DNA of 40,933 nucleotides from a virus (taxonomy: Duplodnaviria > Caudoviricetes): IMG/VR virus record IMGVR_UViG_3300005805_000173, positions 1 to 40,933 of that record; one strand, given 5' to 3'. Every line of letters begins with the position of its first letter. Position 1 is the stretch's first letter. Under the pieces are notes generated by a model. The model did no database searches. It saw only the letters and a list, made by a program, of their open reading frames with translations, and had not been told where the DNA came from. The position numbers and the translations under genes are program-made. This document shows positions 33,668 through 40,933 of this stretch, one piece after another.

Positions 33668-33690
33668 AGGGACCTTATAAAAAGGTCCCT
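33668..33690 (-). terminator. probable intrinsic terminator
   Basis: AGGGACCTT-tttat-AAGGTCCCT followed by T-rich TCGTTGTCTTTG, downstream of 33715-34092 gene. Confidence 0.6.
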
Positions 33691-33714
33691 GGTTGTGATT
33701 CTGTGAAAAATCAG

Positions 33715-34092
33715 TTAGAATGCAGTTGCATCAGCAATGGCTGAAGCAGTTGCAATACCCAGCTTGGTGCGGGTCACAGTTGCACTGCTCAGGTCCACGC
33801 TATCCACTGTGCCCAATGCTACAATAGCATTCTGCAAAGTGGTTGCTTCAGCAGCCACGATTGCGCCTTCCACAGCAAAGGTTTGCTGGGTGTTGGTGTC
33901 AAACAGAGGGCCTGCTGCAACGATGGTGTAATAACGCTGAATGGTGTTGTATACAGCCTGCAGAGCACCTTCGGGTCCCAAGCTGCCATTGATAGCATTT
34001 ACATAATCAACTGTGAAGAAGCTCAGGTCCTTGCTGAGGTTTTCAAAGTTAACTGTCATTGCAGTGGGATTAACTCTTGTTACTTGTGCCAT
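33715..34092 (-). CDS. small virion structural protein (putative)
   Basis: 125 aa Ala/Thr-rich; strong SD TAAGGAG, TAAATA (34127-34132), own terminator. Confidence 0.55.
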   Translation of the reverse strand: MAQVTRVNPTAMTVNFENLSKDLSFFTVDYVNAINGSLGPEGALQAVYNTIQRYYTIVAAGPLFDTNTQQTFAVEGAIVAAEATTLQNAIVALGTVDSVDLSSATVTRTKLGIATASAIADATAF

Positions 34093-34201
34093 AATAAAAT
34101 CTCCTTAATAGCTTTACGCTTACAGTTATTTAGCATTCTGAATCAAAAACTGTTGGTTACTTGCGTTTTTTTCTGCGCCCGGCAGAACGTTTTTTATAGG
34201 G

Positions 34202-34897
34202 TCAGGTTTCTGACAAATTCACTTTGGTCTGAACTTCTTTCAGTGTTTCCCATTCTAGACCTGTTTCAACTGCGTTATACCATAGCGAAATTAATTTCTC
34301 CACATCGTATCTTTTACTAAGTTGAATTATTTTTATACCAGTATCAATGGCTTTTTTATAGGATTTACTGACTTCAGCCTTAATCGTCTGTTCCATTTGT
34401 TTGGATTCAGCAGCATCTAAATTAGTTTTCCCAATAGTGGTGCCTGATAGATTCACCAATGCCTGAAGAACTTTGTTAAGTTGTTCCTGTAGTTTTTTCT
34501 GCTCTTCTTCACCAGCATCAGGTTTTGGAGGCTCAACTGGTTTGGAAACTACCTGATCTTTTAGCTGGGTCACTCTGTAGAGTATTTTTTCAACGTCTGG
34601 TTTTTTCAATCTGTAGTCAAGATCTGTGATTCCCACATCTTCCAGCGCCTGATCCAGGTTGGGTGTTTTACCAAAATTCAGTTTGAACTTTTCAACAGTT
34701 AGAGTGCCTCCATATGTCAAACCACTGCGTCCTAGCCAAGTTTCAAATGCTTTGAAGATTTTTGAAAACTCAGCTTTAGTTTGCTTTTTGCCTTGACGAG
34801 TTTCTGCTGAACCAATGTCAGATCGAATTTTGGCTGCTACTGAACCAAGTTTAGATAAAATTTTTTTTCCGGGTATCTCAAACTCCACTAGTCTCAT
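34202..34897 (-). CDS. hypothetical Lys-rich protein
   Basis: 231 aa ORF coupled to upstream gene. Confidence 0.6.
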   Translation of the reverse strand: MRLVEFEIPGKKILSKLGSVAAKIRSDIGSAETRQGKKQTKAEFSKIFKAFETWLGRSGLTYGGTLTVEKFKLNFGKTPNLDQALEDVGITDLDYRLKKPDVEKILYRVTQLKDQVVSKPVEPPKPDAGEEEQKKLQEQLNKVLQALVNLSGTTIGKTNLDAAESKQMEQTIKAEVSKSYKKAIDTGIKIIQLSKRYDVEKLISLWYNAVETGLEWETLKEVQTKVNLSET

Positions 34898-35133
34898 AAT
34901 AATCTCCTGGCTGCACGACTAAACTTTTGCGGATCCCGACTCCGGATGCTGCTGAGCAAACGGCGTTCCATGTCTTCAGCAACACCTGCACCATAGTTTT
35001 CAGCTATGCTGTTCAGCAGATTGATGGCACTGGAAATCAGGTGATTGCCTCGACTCTCAATCAACAGATTACGATTGTGTTCGGGCAATCCATTGGTGAG
35101 TTCGTCCAGGATGGTTTTAGTGGCTGCTTTCAA
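34894..35133 (-). CDS. hypothetical protein
   Basis: Probable TTG start at 35133 after TATAAATA (35153-35160); ESRGNHLISSAINLL..RRLLSSIRSRDP. Confidence 0.6.
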   Translation of the reverse strand: MKAATKTILDELTNGLPEHNRNLLIESRGNHLISSAINLLNSIAENYGAGVAEDMERRLLSSIRSRDPQKFSRAARRLL

Positions 35134-35164
35134 AATCGGGTACCTTTGATGGTATTTATACCGT

Positions 35165-35515
35165 TCAGAAGATTTGCTGAGGTCTGTGACCTGCACTGGC
35201 CTGAAAGACTGGAGATCCATGTTTGCGAATCCAGTTCACTATGTACTGCGGATTGACTTCGAATGTTTTGACCAGATCTTCTATAGATACTCCAGAATCC
35301 AGAGTTATCGTGTATACTTCATATCTTCGATCACTATTGGCTTGAGCTCGCATCACAGTGCAGAATATCAGATTTCTCAACCAGGGCTCAAAGTTACTCT
35401 CGCCTCGAATCAGATCAAACAGCTGATTTTTTTCAGCCTGGGTGATGTCTTCACACAATTCCAGACCATACATATCCCAAGCAACCAAAATTAGATGTCC
35501 TTGTTCTGAGTTCAT
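35165..35515 (-). CDS. hypothetical protein
   Basis: WDMYGLE..MRAQANSDRRYEVY..NPQYIVNWIRKHG; start 35515 after TATAAT. Confidence 0.65.
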   Translation of the reverse strand: MNSEQGHLILVAWDMYGLELCEDITQAEKNQLFDLIRGESNFEPWLRNLIFCTVMRAQANSDRRYEVYTITLDSGVSIEDLVKTFEVNPQYIVNWIRKHGSPVFQASAGHRPQQIF

Positions 35516-35535
35516 AGCTATACTGTTATTATACA

Positions 35536-36942
35536 CTATTCTGCGGAGGTTTTCAATTGAGCCAACATGCTTTTGAGCTTGCTGCCCTGTACATCAGCTT
35601 TGACCTTGCCCAGGTTGTCACCAGCAGCGTCCCGAGTACGCACTGTGCTGGTGGTTTTCAGTTGTGCCATGATGTTGCTGGCAGCCGAACTGGCAGGCGC
35701 CGATTGCTCATCTGAATCAGTCTCACTGGTATCAGTGATCCTGAGACTGTTAACATCAAAATCCAGTTCCACTTTCTGCCCCACACCGCTAGAACTACGA
35801 GTTTTCATCAGCTGTAGCTGATACTTACCACGCTCACGCATGGCTCGGCTGGTAAAGATACCAAACACATTATCAGCTGTGTTGATTTTGCTGATACCAC
35901 CTGAAATATGACTGTGATCGAACTCAATCTCTTCCACAGCCGAACGGTTCAACTGACTGGCTGTGACAAACAGCACATTGAGTTCTTTGGCCAGATTGCG
36001 CAACTCTTCACTGACATACTTGTCTTTCACAAACAGGTCATTGGGGCTGACTTTAGCACTAACCGGCATCAGCAGATCCAGATAGTCCACGCACAGAAAA
36101 TCCACTGTGATACCAGTGCGTATCTGAAGCTCCTTGATGTAACTACGGATATCATTCACTGTGCTCTGAGCCGGCAGATACTTGATCCAGAAGTTGCCGC
36201 TGCGTTTGCCAATGACACGCACCTTCATTTCCACATCATCCAGATCTCTGAATATTTCTTTGGTGGGTTTGCCTGTGATCATGCTGTCAATACGCATAGC
36301 ACACAGGTCTTCACTGAGTTCCAGTGTGATGTATACACCGTTCAGACCAGCCAACGACCAGTTACAACCCAGATTTTGCATGAATAGCGATTTTCCCGAG
36401 CCAGAACCGCCAGCAAAAATCTGCAACTCTCCCCGATTGAATCCGCCATACAGTTTGCGATCCAGGCCATTCCAGCCTGTGGATATCTGACCATTATTGC
36501 TCTTGAGACGATTCAGTCTGGATCTGGGATCGGCAAAATATTCAGTACCCATGTCCTTGGTCAAACTGATCTGCACTGCATCTTTAATCAGCTTTTCCAC
36601 CGGATCATATTCACCTTTTTCCAACAGATCCGCAGCCTTCAGAATGGCTCGCTCCAGTTCCTGCCGCTTGGTGAAATTCTCAAACTCTTCCAGAAACCAG
36701 TTAATGTGACCGTCGTTGATGCCATCAATGGGTTGCAAGTCCACACCAGCCACTGCTTTGAGCTGAACTCGATCCGGTAGAGTGCTGTGTTGCTCTGCAT
36801 GATCAGACACAAACTTGGCTGCTCTTTTCAGACTCTTGTCAAAGTTATCTGAATTGTAAATGTTACTGACTCTGGTAAACAACGAAGGATCCTGGAGCAT
36901 GAACTCCAGGAACAGTTTCTGAACGTCTGCGGTAAATTCCAT
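35536..36942 (-). CDS. replicative DnaB-like (T4 gp41-type) helicase
   Basis: Walker A GGSGSGKS, YITLELSE, VDYLDL, TASQLNR, MKTRSS. Confidence 0.93.
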   Translation of the reverse strand: MEFTADVQKLFLEFMLQDPSLFTRVSNIYNSDNFDKSLKRAAKFVSDHAEQHSTLPDRVQLKAVAGVDLQPIDGINDGHINWFLEEFENFTKRQELERAILKAADLLEKGEYDPVEKLIKDAVQISLTKDMGTEYFADPRSRLNRLKSNNGQISTGWNGLDRKLYGGFNRGELQIFAGGSGSGKSLFMQNLGCNWSLAGLNGVYITLELSEDLCAMRIDSMITGKPTKEIFRDLDDVEMKVRVIGKRSGNFWIKYLPAQSTVNDIRSYIKELQIRTGITVDFLCVDYLDLLMPVSAKVSPNDLFVKDKYVSEELRNLAKELNVLFVTASQLNRSAVEEIEFDHSHISGGISKINTADNVFGIFTSRAMRERGKYQLQLMKTRSSSGVGQKVELDFDVNSLRITDTSETDSDEQSAPASSAASNIMAQLKTTSTVRTRDAAGDNLGKVKADVQGSKLKSMLAQLKTSAE

Positions 36943-36948
36943 GGCTTC

Positions 36949-37917
36949 TTAGTTATGCTTTCTGCTGAGCTTTAATCGTAGTTTTATCTGTGTCACACCG
37001 CTCACACTAGATTCCCAGATGGATCTGGCAGTAAACAACGGCCCCCAGCGTCTGACTGCGTCATTGACGTCTTTGACTTCAGGCGGCCAATCTGGAAAAC
37101 TCACACTCCATCCGTAATCCAATGCAGCCTGTACCAAGCTGTCACCTGCACTGTCCTGATCCGGCACCACTATGATTTTGCGATTCAGTTGATCTATCTG
37201 TTCGGCCTGTACTTCATTAACTTCATTGCCCAGTACAGACAGCCCGCCAATGCTGATGGCGTCAAAAACACCTTCCACCACCGGGCACCAGGAATATTGT
37301 GGTTTCTGAAATACATCACCAAACACATAGGGCATGGCCAGTGTTTGCAGATATTTGGGTCTGACTTGGTGTATGGTGCGAGCACTATAACCCACCAGAT
37401 ACTGCTGGTAGGTAAAAGGCACTATGATTCTGCCAGGCAGTTCAGAGCTCACGAAGTAGGTGTACGCTTCAGGATCAATACCACGACTCAGTAAGTATTC
37501 CCAGTGTTCAGGATGCAATTTGGGATCCATCAACACTGATTCTGCAGGCAGATCTCTGGGCTCAATTTGAATTTCTGGCGCAGGTTCTGTTTCCAGATAA
37601 CCTTCAACTAATTCTCGCTCTCTGAGAGCCTGTATTTTCAGAGCATTGACTTCTGCAGGGCTTACACCCAGCCAGATCAGCAATCGTCTGAATTTTATTC
37701 CAAACTGTCCACCTACCCGATAACCTGTGGTGTAACCACAGTTGAAACAATTATAGACGACGCCGTCGGCAGTTGTTTTGATACCCCCACGGCGTCGTCC
37801 ATCTGTGCCCTGACCTCGATGAGAACAACACGGTGCATTGAAACTGGTCCAGCCATTGGGAGTTTTCCTGACGGCAGGCAAGTTATCCAGCAGAGTTTGT
37901 ACAATCACAGAAGTCAC
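36949..37917 (-). CDS. DNA primase (T4 gp61-like)
   Basis: Zn finger APCC..CFNC, TOPRIM VEGVFDA, PDQD, KDVND; GTG start 6 nt after TGtTAGAAT. Confidence 0.9.
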   Translation of the reverse strand: MTSVIVQTLLDNLPAVRKTPNGWTSFNAPCCSHRGQGTDGRRRGGIKTTADGVVYNCFNCGYTTGYRVGGQFGIKFRRLLIWLGVSPAEVNALKIQALRERELVEGYLETEPAPEIQIEPRDLPAESVLMDPKLHPEHWEYLLSRGIDPEAYTYFVSSELPGRIIVPFTYQQYLVGYSARTIHQVRPKYLQTLAMPYVFGDVFQKPQYSWCPVVEGVFDAISIGGLSVLGNEVNEVQAEQIDQLNRKIIVVPDQDSAGDSLVQAALDYGWSVSFPDWPPEVKDVNDAVRRWGPLFTARSIWESSVSGVTQIKLRLKLSRKHN

Positions 37918-37935
37918 ATGTTTATTCTAACACAG

Positions 37936-38178
37936 TTATCCGTTACTTACAAATCTATTGAGCTTTTCCGCTTCAGCAATTATATCAGCTGAAGTGGGAA
38001 AGTCTGGCATTTCGGGAAATGGAATCCGGGGAGCCTTGTCTTCAGCGCCAGGAACCGTTTCTCTTTTGGCGAAAAATTCATCCCTGAGATCACCACGCCG
38101 GTTGTGAATGGGTTCAAATAGGATGTCCTTGGCCAGGGTTAGTAAATCGAAACGAATTTCGTAGGGTGTTTTGCTCAT
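37936..38178 (-). CDS. small hypothetical phage protein
   Basis: MSKTPYEIRFDLLTLAKDIL...FPTSADIIAEAEKLNRFVSNG; SD AGGAGG. Confidence 0.75.
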   Translation of the reverse strand: MSKTPYEIRFDLLTLAKDILFEPIHNRRGDLRDEFFAKRETVPGAEDKAPRIPFPEMPDFPTSADIIAEAEKLNRFVSNG

Positions 38179-38180
38179 AG

Positions 38181-38250
38181 GTGAGCCTCCTTTGTATGTG
38201 TGTATTGTGCAGATTGCGTCTGCACAGGTACTTATACAGCAGAGGCTCAC
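38181..38250 (-). promoter_or_regulatory. RBS-sequestering hairpin with internal late-type promoter
   Basis: Outer stem GTGAGCCTC/GAGGCTCAC covers SD; TATAAGTA at 38229-38236 inside; inner stem TGTGCAGA/TCTGCACA. Confidence 0.6.
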
Positions 38251-38258
38251 TCTCTATT

Positions 38259-40931
38259 TTAAAGTCTACCAACCACTGCTTCAATCAGTTGGATACTACT
38301 ATCAGCAATTTCACCTAGACTCTTGCCAATTACACAACCGGGTTGATATTGGGCTGAATCCAGTGCGCACGCAATACCAGGCAAATGGCTGCTGACCAGC
38401 AATGTGCCCTTGGATACCGGCCCCAATACACGGCAAGGCACGCGGCCTGTCAGTGCCAAAGGGATACCGCTAGCAGTGTCATTCATCAGGAAAGCTGGCT
38501 GTTGACTGACTACCCCAGCAATACGAGTATCGTGACTCACTGTGCTTATGGTAATTTCAGCACTGCCACCAAAAACCATCACTGTGCCATATTCATAGAT
38601 GCCATCAGCTGCATAAATTTCTGCCAAGTCAGCATAGTTAGCTGATGCTTGACGTGCAAACAGGGTATCAAAACCCTGACCTGCTGCACCTATGTTGCCT
38701 ACTCCAGCACCACCACCATTGGCAATGGCCGTAGCCACATTGCCGTAATTCACAGTGAGCGTGTTACCCACACTGGCTAATCCTGACACATTGGCTGTGC
38801 CAGTAACATTAGCTCCAGTGCTGGTTACCACAAACACGTTGGCCACACCACCAACACTGGTGTTGACGTTGCCTCCAGCAGCTGGTATGGATACATTACT
38901 AGTGCCGTTGGTGATTGATGTTGTGCTGATTGTGGCAAAACTCAGCACGCCACTACCATTGGTTTGTAAGAATTGACCATTAGTTCCGCCAGTGATGGTC
39001 ACATTGCCCACTGCACCCAGGTTACTGGCACCAGTGACACTCAGGTTTCCTGCACTGACATTACCGCTCACCGTCAAGCTGGTCAGTGTTCCTAGGCTGG
39101 TAATATTGGTCTGCGCTGAGGTGGTTAGTAAACCAGATAAGTTGGTAGCACTGACTAGATTGGCTCCACTGATACTGGAATTGGCTCCACTCAGTGTGAT
39201 ATTAGCATTAGCGCCCATGGTTAAACCAGTCAGTGTACCTAAACTGGTGATATTGGTTTGAGCGGCGGTTTCCAATGTGCCAGCCACATTGGTAAATGCG
39301 CCTCTGGTACCACTCACATTGCCTGATGTGATGTTGCCAGTGACTGCCAATGAACCCAATGTACCCACTGAGGTAATATTGGTCTGACTTGCGGTTTCCA
39401 ATGTGCCAGCCACGTTGGTAAATGCACCACGAGTACCGCTTATGTTCCCTGATGTGATATTGCCAGTGACTGCCAAAGACGTCAGTGTGCCCACTGAGGT
39501 AATATTGGTCTGAGCTGCTGTCTCCAAGGTACCCACAACGTTAGTAAATACGCCTCTGGCGGCCCCGATGTTGCCCACATTAGCGTTTCCTGTTACGTTC
39601 AAAGTACCAGCAGTGGTTAGGTTCCCACCAGTAATATTGCCAGTGGCTGTAATCAGCCCAGCTGTTCCTAAGTTCCCCACATTGGCATTACCAGTAACAC
39701 TCAGGATGCCACTAACGCTATTGATGTTACCAGCAGTGATGTTGCTGGTAACAGCCAAATTGGCTTGACCAGTAATGTTGCCACTCACTGTGAGTGAAGT
39801 CAGAGTGCCTACAGCAGTGATATTGGTTTGAGCGGCTGTTTCTAAAGTTCCTGCTAGATTGGTAAATGCGCCTCTGGTGCCGCTCACATTGCCTGATGTG
39901 ACGTTGCCAGTGACTGCTAATGAACTCAGTGTGCCTACACTGGTAATATTGGGCTGAGCTGCTGTCTCCAAAGTACCCACAACATTAGTGAACACACCTC
40001 TGGTAGCACCTATATTACCCACATTGGCATTACCGGTCACACTCAATGAACTCAAGGTTCCCACAGCAGTAATATTAGTCTGTGACGCAGTTTCCAAAGT
40101 GCCCACAATGTTGGTAAACACCCCACGAGTAGCGCCAATGTTTCCCACATTGGCATTGCCGGTGACGCTCAATGAACCCAACGTGCCCACAGCAGTGATG
40201 TTGGTTTGACTAGCAGTGGCAATAGTACCGTACAGATTAGCACCATAGATATTATTCCAGTGATTACTAGAACCACCAAAATTCAAACTGGCGTTGCCAA
40301 CTGGAGTGATCCCTACACTGCTTTGCCAACTGGTAGTAGCATTGTTGAACAGCAAGCTAGCTACCTGAGCATTACCTGTAACATTACCAGTGATAATACC
40401 TGATCCGTCAGCAGCAGCACCTGTGCTAGCGTTGTTGGCCAGGATGAAAGTCTTGTCAGCAATGGTGACATCGTTGGCATTGACTATGGTGCTGTTTCCG
40501 GTTACAAACAGGTTTCCATCAATATTTACGTCACCGCCAATATAAGCGTTTCCAGCAATACCGATACCGCCGGCAACGGTTACAGCACCGCTGGCTGTGC
40601 TAGTGGATGCGGCAGTGGAACTAAAAACACCTCTAGTAGCACCAATATTACCCACATTGGCATTGCCGGTGACGCTCAATATACCACTTACATTGTTGAT
40701 ATTTCCAAAACTACCATTGCCAGTAATTACACTGTTTGTGGCACCTATGTTTCCCACATTAGCGTTACCAGTGACGCTCAATGCTCCTCCAGTGGATAAA
40801 TTACCACCAGTGACGTTACCAGAGGCTGTAATCAGACCAGCAGTACCTAAATTACCCACATTGGCGTTACCAGTAACATTCAGGGTAGTGGAACCAGTAA
40901 TGGCTCCAGTAAATACGCCTGCTGCGGCGCC
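38259..40931 (-). CDS. long repetitive tail fibre with C-terminal chaperone/peptidase-like domain (5' end beyond window)
   Basis: Frame open to window edge; ~40 aa repeats GTLETAAQTNITSVGTLxSLxVTGN; C-terminal YADLAE..AGVVS..ALTGRVPC..VIGK domain common in phage fibres. Confidence 0.8.
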   Translation of the reverse strand, partial: GAAAGVFTGAITGSTTLNVTGNANVGNLGTAGLITASGNVTGGNLSTGGALSVTGNANVGNIGATNSVITGNGSFGNINNVSGILSVTGNANVGNIGATRGVFSSTAASTSTASGAVTVAGGIGIAGNAYIGGDVNIDGNLFVTGNSTIVNANDVTIADKTFILANNASTGAAADGSGIITGNVTGNAQVASLLFNNATTSWQSSVGITPVGNASLNFGGSSNHWNNIYGANLYGTIATASQTNITAVGTLGSLSVTGNANVGNIGATRGVFTNIVGTLETASQTNITAVGTLSSLSVTGNANVGNIGATRGVFTNVVGTLETAAQPNITSVGTLSSLAVTGNVTSGNVSGTRGAFTNLAGTLETAAQTNITAVGTLTSLTVSGNITGQANLAVTSNITAGNINSVSGILSVTGNANVGNLGTAGLITATGNITGGNLTTAGTLNVTGNANVGNIGAARGVFTNVVGTLETAAQTNITSVGTLTSLAVTGNITSGNISGTRGAFTNVAGTLETASQTNITSVGTLGSLAVTGNITSGNVSGTRGAFTNVAGTLETAAQTNITSLGTLTGLTMGANANITLSGANSSISGANLVSATNLSGLLTTSAQTNITSLGTLTSLTVSGNVSAGNLSVTGASNLGAVGNVTITGGTNGQFLQTNGSGVLSFATISTTSITNGTSNVSIPAAGGNVNTSVGGVANVFVVTSTGANVTGTANVSGLASVGNTLTVNYGNVATAIANGGGAGVGNIGAAGQGFDTLFARQASANYADLAEIYAADGIYEYGTVMVFGGSAEITISTVSHDTRIAGVVSQQPAFLMNDTASGIPLALTGRVPCRVLGPVSKGTLLVSSHLPGIACALDSAQYQPGCVIGKSLGEIADSSIQLIEAVVGRL

Positions 40932-40933
40932 CA

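Noticed and set aside
1240-38250. Clean early-leaderless versus late-SD translational switch driven by bS21
   Set aside because: The split is not clean: some late-motif genes look leaderless, and early genes (HTH at 165, the array) use SDs. Kept only as a weak hypothesis.
1-40933. Stop-codon reassignment (alternative genetic code)
   Set aside because: Conserved genes are full length under code 11, and TAA, TAG and TGA are all used as terminators.

Overview
This is a segment of a large, T4-like/'huge' tailed dsDNA bacteriophage genome, coded almost entirely on the minus strand. Replication and nucleotide genes include primase, DnaB/gp41-like helicase, ATP-dependent ligase, a PD-(D/E)XK exonuclease, class Ia nrdA/nrdB with glutaredoxin, and UvsE. 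Virion genes include tail-fibre/baseplate proteins, PAAR, a SleB-like hydrolase and an Ig-rich adhesin. There is one tRNA-Thr(UGU) and a host-like proteostasis/translation block (ClpP, ClpX, ClpS, Hsp20, ribosomal protein bS21). Most notable by eye: (1) a translationally coupled tandem array of 12 paralogous 53-77 aa proteins, plus 2 dispersed copies, ending in F-x-L-R/K-W, whose terminal codons (AGG TGG) double as the Shine-Dalgarno site of the next unit at near-fixed spacing; (2) a candidate programmed -1 frameshift (C CCU UUU + 7 nt + stem-loop) in a membrane-protein gene; (3) a CHASE2 adenylate cyclase and a divergent metallophosphoesterase, both with substituted catalytic residues; (4) many promoters placed 5-7 nt from start codons (leaderless mRNAs); (5) a ROSE-like thermometer on hsp20 and an RBS-sequestering hairpin with an internal late promoter. 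All assignments come from motif reading only; no searches were run.
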